A stretch of DNA of 64,000 bases, from NCBI GenBank assembly GCA_964444835.1, contig CAYUIT010000016.1, positions 481 to 64,480 on the forward strand, given 5' to 3'. The translations under genes and the position numbers were made by a program. Each line of letters begins with the position of its first letter. Position 1 is the first letter of the stretch. Positions 21,001 through 29,346 of this stretch are shown here, piece after piece. Source of the DNA: an uncultured Steroidobacteraceae bacterium. GTDB lineage: Bacteria > Pseudomonadota > Gammaproteobacteria > Steroidobacterales > Steroidobacteraceae. The notes beneath the pieces were generated by a model. It did no database searches. It worked only from the letters and a program-made list of their open reading frames with translations, and was not told the origin of the DNA.

Positions 21001-21181
21001 ATTCGACGCGCGCCATGACACCATCGGAGGCTACGGCTTCCCATCGAGTGGCGTCATCCATGGAATCCAAGAGGCGTGGATCGCGTGACGCCGTGGCTGC
21101 CGCGGCCGCACCCGCTGCAAGAGACAGCCATGCCAATGACAACCCGACCACGATACGTTGCTGTGCCGGCCCGATGTTCAT
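18041..21181 (-). CDS. Large secreted multidomain protein: N-terminal CBM-like domain, F5/8 type C (discoidin/CBM32) domain and a C-terminal (alpha/alpha)6-barrel glycoside-hydrolase-like domain
   Basis: 1046 aa with a signal peptide (LSLAAGAAAAATAS). The discoidin-like segment is NAAAALDGDPASTWRT...WWQVDFG...YRVQLSDDNVEWRTV. The C-terminal segment YERSWIRDGALSS...GKVPCCVD...SGEF.W...ISHEGYSAKPMHSYWDNYWGL resembles glucoamylase-type six-hairpin folds. Its start overlaps the stop of the upstream ABC permease gene (21178..21993), consistent with co-transcription. Confidence 0.6.
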   Translation of the reverse strand: MNIGPAQQRIVVGLSLAWLSLAAGAAAAATASRDPRLLDSMDDATRWEAVASDGVMARVESITGEHGNALRLSYDFRDRGGYVAARRRLPLEFPAHFELRFRIRGAGASNHFEMKLVDATGDNVWWYRKPDTTFADEWQTVRVRKRQIEFAWGPTTNHSLPNTEQLEFVMTAGEGGGAGHIDIDELTLVPLPPPPVTPPTPLATASAGNAAAALDGDPASTWRTRVQGAWWQVDFGFEREFGGVTLHWAPGAHPRAYRVQLSDDNVEWRTVREVREGNGGTDWLALPESSARYLRVAVVSAATAEIALQSVVVRELSFGATPNALFKNLAQQSPRGTFPRGFIGEQSYWTIVGTDGGAEEGLFSEDGAFEIGKGAASIEPFLTVDGQAFDWANVSIEHGLPEQYLPMPYVTWRHAVGALRIEAFGAGIPEHDFGVVRYEYTNRSSAPQRVELALAIRPFQVNPPAQFLNTPGGVAPLRSIRWNGASVEIDGRPRIAPAVPPDEFVAASFDAAETLSQLLALPAKHEAEDPWGYASGALRYRRSLQPGEVWVVSVAIPWSGVPHAVGTQSLAERLENERATTADYWREALNRVRIDGPTRMRPVIDTLRTSLAHVLINRDGPRLQPGSRSYERSWIRDGALSSSALLRLGHESVAREFADWYAPHLFDNGKVPCCVDSRGADPVPENDSSGEFVWLFSELHRYAPNEAWLATHWPEIQRAMVYLESLRQSERIAANLAPARRAFYGLLPASISHEGYSAKPMHSYWDNYWGLLGYERAIEMAQVLGHRGAARNYRRQLVEYRADVLASLRYSTAQHGIDFLPGAAELGDFDATSTTIALSPGVEMTHLPRDLLTNTFERYWREFVARRDGQRVWDAYTPYEIRTIGTFLRLGWYERAHELLAFFMHDRRPPGWNQWAEVVGRELREPRFIGDMPHGWVAGDYIRAMLDTFAYERESDRALILGAGLSQDWLRDEGVRVTGLRTPWGALDYSLRLDSQSNLHFVSSGAVQPPGGLVVMCGAQEVRLAHGTREAWLDRSCRRIRHGVSR

Positions 21182-21993
21182 CCCTTTACGCTCCCCATCA
21201 AGATGCCTTGGATGTAGTAGCGCTGCAGCAGCAAGAACAGCAGCAGCACCGGCACCGTCGTCACGACCGCGCCAGCCATCATCAGCTCATTGTCTTGCAC
21301 GTGCTCGCGCGACAATCCCGCGAGCGCGATGGGCAACGTATGCAGCGAATCGTCCGTCAGCACGATCAGCGGCCACATGAAGTCGTTCCACGCGCCGAGG
21401 AACGTGAATACGCCGAGTGTGACGAGAATTGGCTTCAGCAGCGGCAAGACGATGCGCAGGAATACTTGCCTCTCGCTAGCGCCGTCGATGCGAGCCGCGT
21501 CGAGTAAGTCGTCGGGAATGGTGAGCGCATACTGCCTGACGAGCAGAATGCCGAAGATACTCGCCATCGACGGCACGATCGCAGCAGCGTAGCTATTGAC
21601 CAGACCTAACCACTTCAGCATACCGAACAGCGGAATCATGCCCACCTGAGCTGGGATCAGCATCGCGGCCAGCATGATGCCGAGCGTCACTTCACGGCCG
21701 CGGAAGCGCAGCTTCGCGAACGCGTAGCCCGCAAGTCCGTTGAACAGTAGCGATATCAGCGTTGCCGCACTTGCAACGATGGCGCTGTTTGCCAGATAGC
21801 GACCCATATCGTTCAACACAAACAGCTGACGATAGTTGTCGAGGGTTGGCGCAACGGGCAGCAGCGGCGGTGGCGACACGTTCGATGCGCCGGTCTGCAT
21901 GAACGAGACCGACAGCATCCACAGCAATGGAAACGCGGTGAGCCCCGCGAGCACGACCAGCGCGCTGTTGACGATGACGTCCTTCCGATTCAT
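21178..21993 (-). CDS. Carbohydrate ABC transporter permease (MalG-like)
   Basis: 271 aa with six TM segments and the EAA-type loop DAARIDGASERQVFLRIVLPLLKP. Confidence 0.9.
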   Translation of the reverse strand: MNRKDVIVNSALVVLAGLTAFPLLWMLSVSFMQTGASNVSPPPLLPVAPTLDNYRQLFVLNDMGRYLANSAIVASAATLISLLFNGLAGYAFAKLRFRGREVTLGIMLAAMLIPAQVGMIPLFGMLKWLGLVNSYAAAIVPSMASIFGILLVRQYALTIPDDLLDAARIDGASERQVFLRIVLPLLKPILVTLGVFTFLGAWNDFMWPLIVLTDDSLHTLPIALAGLSREHVQDNELMMAGAVVTTVPVLLLFLLLQRYYIQGILMGSVKG

Positions 21994-22886
21994 GCCGTCG
22001 CCTCACGACGCAGCGCGACCGACTGCAAGTACGTCACGCTCAAGATGATCAAGAACAGCAGGAACGCCACTGCCGATGCGGCGCCGAGGTTCCACCACTT
22101 GAAGCCTTCGTCGTACATGAAGTAGAGCACGCTCACCGTGCTCTGCAAGGGGCCGCCTTCGGTCATCACGTACGGCTCGGCGAACATCTGAAAGTAACCG
22201 GCAGTCGTTAGGACCGCGACTAGAATGAACGTCGGCCGTAGCATGGGCAGCGTGACGTGGCGAAGTCGCTGCCAGAATGAGGCGCCGTCGATCTTGGCAG
22301 CTTCGTACAAATCCGTGGGAATCGCCTGTAGCGCCGCCACGAAAATGATCATGTTGTAGCCGAAGTTCTTCCACACGGCGAGGATGACGATCGACGGAAT
22401 CGACCACTGCGGATCGCCGAGCCAGTCGATGGGTTCGATGCCGACCTGCGCCAACGCATGGTTAATGAGGCCGTAGCGAGCATGGAACAAGTAGCGCCAC
22501 ACGATGGCGACTGCTACGAGCGTCGTGACGACCGGCGCAAAGTACACGGTACGAAAGAAGCCTGGGAAGCGCGCACGCTGCGAACTCACTAACAGCGCGG
22601 CACCGAGCGATACCGCAATCGTCAAGGGCACTCCCAAGCCCACGAACCAAGCCGTGTTCCCGAGCGCCTTCCAGAAGAGCGGTGTATGCAACAACCGCCA
22701 GTAGTTATCGAACCCGACGAAGCGCAAGTTGCCGATATCGGCGAGTGCGTACAAATCGAAGTCGGTGAGACTGAGGACGAGCGCCGCGCAGCAGGGCACC
22801 ACAAAGAACGCTGCGATGACGCCGAGCGCGGGGGCGGCAAACCACCATCCGACTCGACTGTGCGCCAAACTTGGGCTCGCGCTCAT
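21990..22886 (-). CDS. Carbohydrate ABC transporter permease (MalF-like)
   Basis: 298 aa with the EAA loop YEAAKIDGASFWQRLRHVTLPMLRP. It has 4-nt overlaps with both neighbours. Confidence 0.9.
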   Translation of the reverse strand: MSASPSLAHSRVGWWFAAPALGVIAAFFVVPCCAALVLSLTDFDLYALADIGNLRFVGFDNYWRLLHTPLFWKALGNTAWFVGLGVPLTIAVSLGAALLVSSQRARFPGFFRTVYFAPVVTTLVAVAIVWRYLFHARYGLINHALAQVGIEPIDWLGDPQWSIPSIVILAVWKNFGYNMIIFVAALQAIPTDLYEAAKIDGASFWQRLRHVTLPMLRPTFILVAVLTTAGYFQMFAEPYVMTEGGPLQSTVSVLYFMYDEGFKWWNLGAASAVAFLLFLIILSVTYLQSVALRREATA

Positions 22887-24157
22887 TGCACAGCGTTCCG
22901 CGCCAGCATCCAGCGACGCTTCTCGAGCAGTGCATCGACTCGCTGATCGAGCTGCGCGACCGCCTCATCCACGGTCTGCTCGCCGTGCGCGACGCGCTCC
23001 GCCGCATAGCGCATCTCTTGCATGATGCGCTCCCACTCCGGTACTTGCGGCGCAGGTCGCAAGCGCTCGAGTTGTTCACGAAACGCGCGCATGTAAGGGT
23101 CGTCTTGCAGTGCCGATGTGCTCCACGCGGCCCGTCGTGTCGGTAGATCGCCCGTCACTTCATTCAGGACTTTCTGGCTCTCAGCACTCGACAAGAACTC
23201 AATCAGTTGCCACGCGAGCTCTTTACGCGGCGAGCGCTTGAAAATGACGAGACTCGAACCGCCTGCGCTCGAAACGCCGGGACCATCCGGACCGGGCATC
23301 GACGCCGTCATCCAAGTCGGTTGCTGCTCGGGTGTCAAACGTCGCTTGAACTCGCCGACATTCCATGGGCCCGACAAATAAAAGGAGAAATAGCCGTTAC
23401 CAAGCTCGAGCCACACGTTGGAGATCTGCGCATTCGTCGCTGGCGGCGCGAGCTGCTCGTTGAACAATTGTGCATAGAAGCCGAGTGCACGCTTGAACGA
23501 CTCGCTGCGAAAATTGCCGAACCGGTCGCCGTCGCGCAGCATCGGTTCGGGTTGTTGCAGGGCAAGCACTTGCAACGGCTCGAATTCATTGAGCGGCAGC
23601 AACACGCCATAGCGATCCGGGCCTACGTGCTGCTTGATCGCGCGCAGCATCGCTAACCACTCGTCCCAAGTTCTCGGCGGTTGCTCGAAGCCGACAGCCG
23701 CAAGGATGTCGCGACGATAGAACAGCAGGCGCGTATCGACATACCACGGCACGCCGTAGGTGGTGCCGCCGATGACATTGGTAGCCCAGACACCGCTGAA
23801 GTAATCCGCGGGATCGATGTTGCGCGATGCGCGAATACGCTCATCGAGCGGCTCGAGCGCATCCAACGCCTGGAATTCTGCGATCCAAGTGTTGCCGAGC
23901 TGACAGACATCCGGCGTCGCGTCGCCCGCGAACGCCGTCAGGAGCTTTTCATGCGCAGCAGTCCAGGCGAGCTCCTGCACTCGCACGCGGACACCCGGAT
24001 GCAGGCGCTCGAATTCCGGCGCGAGCTGCCTAACAACCTGCGCTTCGCGCCCAACCGCCCAGACCGTGAGTGTTTGGTCCGTCGCCGCATCGCGCGCGCA
24101 GCCCGCGGCAACGACCGCGACAAGCAAGAACCACGTGGCGCGCAGCCAAATCTTCAT
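22883..24157 (-). CDS. Extracellular sugar-binding lipoprotein of the ABC transporter
   Basis: 424 aa with a lipobox (VVAAGC). It shows family-1 solute-binding features (WAVGREA.., GVPWYVDTRLLFYRRD). Confidence 0.85.
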   Translation of the reverse strand: MKIWLRATWFLLVAVVAAGCARDAATDQTLTVWAVGREAQVVRQLAPEFERLHPGVRVRVQELAWTAAHEKLLTAFAGDATPDVCQLGNTWIAEFQALDALEPLDERIRASRNIDPADYFSGVWATNVIGGTTYGVPWYVDTRLLFYRRDILAAVGFEQPPRTWDEWLAMLRAIKQHVGPDRYGVLLPLNEFEPLQVLALQQPEPMLRDGDRFGNFRSESFKRALGFYAQLFNEQLAPPATNAQISNVWLELGNGYFSFYLSGPWNVGEFKRRLTPEQQPTWMTASMPGPDGPGVSSAGGSSLVIFKRSPRKELAWQLIEFLSSAESQKVLNEVTGDLPTRRAAWSTSALQDDPYMRAFREQLERLRPAPQVPEWERIMQEMRYAAERVAHGEQTVDEAVAQLDQRVDALLEKRRWMLARNAVQ

Positions 24158-25584
24158 TCACGCAACCATCCGCCCGTGAATCCCGCACGCTCGAGCCCCT
24201 TCCGCACGTACGGATTGCGTCGCATGACCCGCCACACGAGTTCGGTCTCGTGGTTCTCGATCATCGTGATGATCGGGCCTTGATCGATTCCGAGATAATC
24301 CGTATCCACCCAACCCAATCCCGGTGCGAGCCGTCCATGTCGCAACGGCACCGGATAATCGAAGCTCGGGTTGAACGCATCGAAGAAGCCATACTTCCCG
24401 TAGATTTCGTGACCGTAACGACGATGCATTTCGGTCACGGCGGGGATCACAATCTCGGGTGCGAACGGTAGCGAACCCAATGCGGCAGTCGGTGCAATCG
24501 TACCGTCGTCATAGTTGTGCGCGGGATCGAGGCTCACACCTCGCGCCGCATAGGTGCGGAAGCGACGTAACTCGCCGCGATACGGCAAGTCGAGATCGAT
24601 TGGGCCATCTGACGCAGTGAGCCCCCACACGTTCTCGGAGTAGTCGCGCCAACCCAGTGGATTCGCAATCGCATACGCCCGCTGCGAGTACACCGCGCGA
24701 CGGCTGTTTTCGAAGTAGTCGAGCCCACGGCGCTCACCTAACTCGCGATCGCGTATTCCGCGTAAGTCTAACCAGATGTGGCTGTATTGATGGCCAAAGA
24801 GCGGGCCGAACGTCAGGTGCGACTGACCATGCAACGTACCCCAGCTCTTGTCGTAGCTCGCAGCCCACTCCCGCCAAGCGTCGACAGAAATCGGATGTGT
24901 CGGCGAGCCGAGCGCCAGCACATAGACGAGAATGGCCTCGTTGTAGCCGCGCCAATCGTACGCGATGAAGCCTGTCTCCGGATGCCAGCCTAGGGCGATC
25001 GCAGGTGGGCGCGCCTGTGCCCACGTCCATTCGACACGCCGATAGAGCTCGTCCGCGAGCTTGCGAATCTGCGCTTCCTCGGCGCTCTGGCCATCGAAGT
25101 ACTCGCGACAGAACAGCACACCCGCCATCAACAGCGTCGTATCGACGGTGGACAACTCGTTCGTTCCCGTTCGCAAGCCACTCGGGATGTCGAGGAAGTG
25201 ATAGAAGAAGCCTCGATAGCCGGCACGCCCGGTCGGCTCAGGGCCTTGAGGCAGAGCCGCCAGGAATCGTAAAGTTGTTAGTACACGCTGCGCTGCCTGT
25301 TGGCGCGTGATATAGCCTCGCTCGGCGCCGATCCCGTAACTCGTGAGGCCGAATCCGATGGCCGCAATGCTCGAGGGGGAGTCCGCCGGGTACCGATCGC
25401 GCACGAGACCGGTGGCCGCGTCCGTTGTCTGCCAAAAATAGTCGAATGTTCGCCGGTGTATATCGCTGAGCAAAGCCGCCGGTGCCGCCGGAGCGGCCGC
25501 TGGCGCACTCGGCTCCGCCGTCCCACCGCCCGCACAAGCGACCAGGCCGAGCGCGCATAGAAGCACCGCAAATCGCATTGTCAC
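24154..25584 (-). CDS. GH144-like (Glycoamylase/DUF3131 family) putative endo-beta-1,2-glucanase, lipoprotein
   Basis: 476 aa with a lipobox (LGLVAC). Motifs recalled from the PF10091/GH144 family: FDYFWQ, IAAIGFGLTSY, GFFYHFLD, ELSTVDTTLLMAG, YNEAILVYVLALGSPTHPI, LFGHQYSHIWLDLRG and WGLTASDGP. Confidence 0.65.
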   Translation of the reverse strand: MTMRFAVLLCALGLVACAGGGTAEPSAPAAAPAAPAALLSDIHRRTFDYFWQTTDAATGLVRDRYPADSPSSIAAIGFGLTSYGIGAERGYITRQQAAQRVLTTLRFLAALPQGPEPTGRAGYRGFFYHFLDIPSGLRTGTNELSTVDTTLLMAGVLFCREYFDGQSAEEAQIRKLADELYRRVEWTWAQARPPAIALGWHPETGFIAYDWRGYNEAILVYVLALGSPTHPISVDAWREWAASYDKSWGTLHGQSHLTFGPLFGHQYSHIWLDLRGIRDRELGERRGLDYFENSRRAVYSQRAYAIANPLGWRDYSENVWGLTASDGPIDLDLPYRGELRRFRTYAARGVSLDPAHNYDDGTIAPTAALGSLPFAPEIVIPAVTEMHRRYGHEIYGKYGFFDAFNPSFDYPVPLRHGRLAPGLGWVDTDYLGIDQGPIITMIENHETELVWRVMRRNPYVRKGLERAGFTGGWLRE

Positions 25585-25612
25585 TTTCTTCCCCTCGTCG
25601 CCATCTCACTAA

Positions 25613-26626
25613 CTAGCCATTACTGGCACCACACGACTTGCGCACGATGAGCGTGGTGCGCAGGGTCTCGGTGCGGTTCGATTTGTCGAATCGCAAGGAG
25701 CTGTCTGCCAGCACGGGAGCGAGCGCCTCGAGCGCGCGTCGGCCCATCTCGGCGATATCCACCCGCACCGTCGTAAGCGGAGGCGCTACGTAGGATGCAA
25801 TGGGGATATCGTCGAATCCGGCAATCGCAATGACCTCGGGCACCTTGACGTGGCCCGCCGTGAGCGCTAACAAACAACCCACGGCCATCATGTCGTTAGC
25901 GGCGAACACGGCATCCGGCATCGAGCGCATGCCCAAAATCTGTCGGCCCGCGAGATAGCCCGACTCTTCCGTGAAGTTGCCCGCGATGATGATCGGCTCG
26001 GGCTTACCGCGCAGACTCGCGAGCGCCGCGAGATAGCCGCGTTGGCGCTCCTGCGACTCGAAGTTGCTATCGGGCCCGGTGATGAAGGCAATCCGCGAAC
26101 GCCGCTGCCGCGCGAGATGCTGCGTGACCGCCATCGCGCCACCAAAGTTGTCGACCAAGAAAGACGGATACGCACCCGATCCCTCGCGCGTATTCATCAA
26201 AACCGACGGCAGGCCTGGCGGTAAGGTGTCCGACAAGAAATCGGCATCGACGTGCGGCGACATCACGAGCAAACCGTCGACGCGACCGCTCATCGATGCG
26301 AGTGCAGCCGCCGCCTCCGTTGCATCGCCATGCGAACTCGACACCAGCAGATGCAAACCATGGGCGCGCGCCGCGCGGTCGATACCGCGAATCAGTTCCG
26401 AGAAAAACTCACCGTGGATGTCTGGCAGCAGCACGCCTACGGTGTGGGTCCTGCGAGTGATCAAACTTCTCGCCCCTGCGTGCGGCGTGTAACGCAGGCG
26501 ACGAGCCACTCGCAGAATGCGCTCGCGAGTCGTCGCATCGACCTTCGTCGAGCCGTTCAGGGCGCGCGAGACCGACGCCACAGAGACTCGCGCCTGCTTG
26601 GCAATGTCCTTGATCGTCGCTGCCAT
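25613..26626 (-). CDS. LacI-family transcriptional regulator (paralog of 37493..38542)
   Basis: Starts MAATIKDIAKQARVSVASVSRALNGS and continues with a sugar-binding domain. It has long stretches nearly identical to the LacI protein at 37.5 kb. Confidence 0.9.
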   Translation of the reverse strand: MAATIKDIAKQARVSVASVSRALNGSTKVDATTRERILRVARRLRYTPHAGARSLITRRTHTVGVLLPDIHGEFFSELIRGIDRAARAHGLHLLVSSSHGDATEAAAALASMSGRVDGLLVMSPHVDADFLSDTLPPGLPSVLMNTREGSGAYPSFLVDNFGGAMAVTQHLARQRRSRIAFITGPDSNFESQERQRGYLAALASLRGKPEPIIIAGNFTEESGYLAGRQILGMRSMPDAVFAANDMMAVGCLLALTAGHVKVPEVIAIAGFDDIPIASYVAPPLTTVRVDIAEMGRRALEALAPVLADSSLRFDKSNRTETLRTTLIVRKSCGASNG

Positions 26627-26685
26627 GGTGCATCACTCCCAGTCGCCTGCGCGGCCGCCCGGCAAAAGCTCGAAATTTACGCTGG

Positions 26686-26699
26686 AGAAAACGTTTACA
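26686..26699. promoter_or_regulatory. LacI-type operator, type B (AGAAAACGTTTACA)
   Basis: An imperfect palindrome centred on CG, related to the perfect CGTAAACGTTTACG at 38602. It lies about 60 nt upstream of the LacI start (26626). Confidence 0.4.
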
Positions 26700-26745
26700 C
26701 AATAAGTGTAGGCAGCCGCCATAAAGATTGTCAAAGCGCCTGACG

Positions 26746-27861
26746 CTACGACGCGAGGCGCTCGCCGGAATCGGCGCGAAAGAAATGCAGTCGCTGCGGC
26801 TCGTAGGTCAACGTCACTGCCTGGCCGATCGGCGGCACGCCGTCTGCAGCAACTCGTGCAACCAACGGGCTCACCCCGACACGCACGGTTACGAATGCTT
26901 CGCTGCCGAGCTGCTCAACCGATTCCAGTGTACCGCTCACCGCGAGCACCCCCTGCGCGCGCAGGTCGCTCGCCGCCGCACGATGGTACTGCAGATGCTC
27001 GGGACGTAACCCGACCAGAATCTCCTGGCCGTCGAGCGCGCGCACTGCCTCGCCGAGTGCGTGCGCCGCGAGCGGAAAGTCCATGCCGCTGGCTCGCACC
27101 ACCGGCGGTGCGGATAGAGCGAGCGCGCCGCGCACGAGATTGATCGCTGGACTGCCCAGAAACGCCGCGACGAATGCAGTTGCGGGCCGTTCGTACAACG
27201 CCATCGGCGTGTCGATTTGCTGAATCTTGCCTTGATTCAACACGACGATGCGCTGCCCAAGCGTCATCGCCTCGACTTGATCGTGGGTGACATAAAGCAT
27301 CGTCGTTTTCAGCTCGCGATGCAGTTTCGCGATTTCGCTTCGCATCGCGGAGCGCAGTTTTGCGTCGAGATTCGAGAGCGGCTCGTCGAGCAAGAAAACC
27401 TTCGGCTGCCGGACGAGCGCGCGACCCAGCGCGACGCGCTGACGCTGGCCACCTGACAACTGGCTCGGACGCCGCTCCAACATCGCTCCGAGCTCCAACA
27501 TCTGTGCCGCCTCGTTCACGCGCTGCGCAACGAGTTGACGATCCACACCGCGTAAGGTCAGACCAAACCCGAGGTTCTCGGCGACCGTCATGTGCGGATA
27601 AAGTGCGTAGCTCTGGAACACCATCGCAATATCGCGATCCTTCGCCGCGACATCGTTGACGACGCGACCCCCGATCGACAGCGTCCCGGAGGTCACGTCC
27701 TCGAGCCCCGCCACCATGCGCAATAAGGTCGACTTGCCGCAGCCGGACGGCCCGACCATCACGACCAATTCGCCGGCGGCCACTTCGAACGACGCACCGG
27801 CGATCGCCACCTGCCCGCCGGGGTAGACCTTCGTAACGTCTTGCAGCACGACTTGTGACAT
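26746..27861 (-). CDS. Sugar ABC transporter ATP-binding protein (MalK/UgpC/MsiK type)
   Basis: From the ATG at 27861: MSQVVLQDVTKVYPGG. It has Walker A GPSGCGKST, the signature LSGGQRQRVALGRAL, Walker B FLLDEPLSNLD and a C-terminal TOBE-like domain. The long N-terminal extension in the track is not credible. Confidence 0.9.
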   Translation of the reverse strand: MSQVVLQDVTKVYPGGQVAIAGASFEVAAGELVVMVGPSGCGKSTLLRMVAGLEDVTSGTLSIGGRVVNDVAAKDRDIAMVFQSYALYPHMTVAENLGFGLTLRGVDRQLVAQRVNEAAQMLELGAMLERRPSQLSGGQRQRVALGRALVRQPKVFLLDEPLSNLDAKLRSAMRSEIAKLHRELKTTMLYVTHDQVEAMTLGQRIVVLNQGKIQQIDTPMALYERPATAFVAAFLGSPAINLVRGALALSAPPVVRASGMDFPLAAHALGEAVRALDGQEILVGLRPEHLQYHRAAASDLRAQGVLAVSGTLESVEQLGSEAFVTVRVGVSPLVARVAADGVPPIGQAVTLTYEPQRLHFFRADSGERLAS

Positions 27862-27921
27862 GACCAATGACTCGCTCTTCGGGGCGCCCAGGATCGTATA
27901 GAATTCGGGCCAAACAAGCCA

Positions 27922-27935
27922 TGTAAACGTTTCCC
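27922..27935. promoter_or_regulatory. Weak LacI-type operator, type B (TGTAAACGTTTCCC)
   Basis: A good half-site, TGTAAACG, in the divergent region between the ABC ATPase gene (start 27861) and the GH1 gene (start 27972). Confidence 0.3.
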
Positions 27936-27971
27936 CCGCTTGGGGCCCACCGACTTTCCGAAGGCTCGATC

Positions 27972-29315
27972 GTGACTCGAACAACAGACTTTCCCGCGGG
28001 TTTCCTCTGGGGCACCGCAACCTCAGCGCATCAAATCGAGGGCTCGCCGCTCGCCGACGGCGCAGGCGCTTCCATCTGGCAGCGCTTTGCCCATACACCA
28101 GGGCTTACGCACGCGGGCGACCATGGGGACATCGCCTGCGATCACTATCGCCGCTTCCGCGAGGATGTCGCGTTAATGCGCGATCTCGGCGTGAACGCGT
28201 ATCGGTTCAGCATCGCTTGGGGCCGGGTGTTGCCGAACGGCACTGGTGCCGTGAACCCTCAGGGACTCGGCTTCTACGAAGCACTCGTCGACGAGTTGCT
28301 GCGCGCGGGTATCGAGCCCGTCGTCACGCTATACCACTGGGATCTTCCCGCGGCGCTCGATGATCGTGGTGGCTGGCTCAATCGCGACATTGCCGGCTGG
28401 TTCGCCGACTACGGTACGGCTGTGTTCAAGCGGCTCGACGATCGCGTCTCGAAGTGGGTGACGCTGAACGAGCCCTGGGTCGTCACGGACGGCGGCTACC
28501 TCCACGGCGTGCTCGCCCCCGGTCACCGCAACCGCTTCGAGGCGCCGCTCGCGTCTAACAACTTACTGCGCGCCCATGGTGCTGCGGTGCAGGCCTATCG
28601 TGCGATTGGCAAGCACCAAATTGGCTTGGTCGTGAACATCGAACCGAAATACCCGGCATCCCAAGGCTCGGACGATCTCGCCGCCACGCGACGCGCCGAC
28701 GCATACATGAATCGGCAGTACCTTGACCCCGTCTTCCTCGGCCAATACCCGAAAGAACTGTCCGAAATCTTCGGCGAGGCTTGGCCCTTGATCTCGCCCG
28801 AGGACCTGGCGTTGATTCGACAGAAGATTGATTTCCTCGGCATCAACTACTACACGCGCAACGTGACGCGCGCCGAACCCGGCGCGTGGCCACTGCGCGC
28901 GGGCCCCGTGAAGCAAGACGGCGCGATCTACTCGGAGACGGGCTGGGAAGTGTTCCCACAAGGCTTGACCGATACGCTGAGCTGGGTGAAATCGCGCTAC
29001 GGCAACATCCCGCTCTACGTGACGGAAAACGGCGCCGCATTTGCGGACCCACCGACGGTTGCGGGCGACGTGCTCGACGACCCGTTGCGCGTCGAGTATT
29101 TGCGTCAGCACATCGCTGCCGTCCGTGCCGCGATTGCGGCGGGCGTTGATGTCCGTGGTTACTTCGTGTGGTCGCTACTCGATAACTTCGAGTGGGCGCT
29201 CGGTTACTCGAAGCGCTTCGGCATCTTTCATGTCGACTACGCCACGCAAAAGCGCACACCGAAAGCGAGTGCACGCTTTTACGCGCAAGCGATCGCCGCC
29301 AATCGCACACCCTGA
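27972..29315 (+). CDS. GH1 beta-glucosidase
   Basis: 447 aa with FLWGTATSAHQIEG, the acid/base motif TLNEPW and the nucleophile motif YVTENGAA. Confidence 0.9.
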   Translation: MTRTTDFPAGFLWGTATSAHQIEGSPLADGAGASIWQRFAHTPGLTHAGDHGDIACDHYRRFREDVALMRDLGVNAYRFSIAWGRVLPNGTGAVNPQGLGFYEALVDELLRAGIEPVVTLYHWDLPAALDDRGGWLNRDIAGWFADYGTAVFKRLDDRVSKWVTLNEPWVVTDGGYLHGVLAPGHRNRFEAPLASNNLLRAHGAAVQAYRAIGKHQIGLVVNIEPKYPASQGSDDLAATRRADAYMNRQYLDPVFLGQYPKELSEIFGEAWPLISPEDLALIRQKIDFLGINYYTRNVTRAEPGAWPLRAGPVKQDGAIYSETGWEVFPQGLTDTLSWVKSRYGNIPLYVTENGAAFADPPTVAGDVLDDPLRVEYLRQHIAAVRAAIAAGVDVRGYFVWSLLDNFEWALGYSKRFGIFHVDYATQKRTPKASARFYAQAIAANRTP

Positions 29316-29346
29316 GCGGGAGTCGATGCCGCCGCTAACCTAACAC

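Noticed and set aside
26746-28098. Long N-terminal extensions offered by the ORF track, for example the ABC ATPase from 28098, the TonB receptor from 13847, LacI from 38650, edd from 40753 and zwf from 39375
   Set aside because: Family-conserved N-termini or signal peptides begin at internal start codons. The extensions would overlap neighbouring genes or cover operator palindromes.
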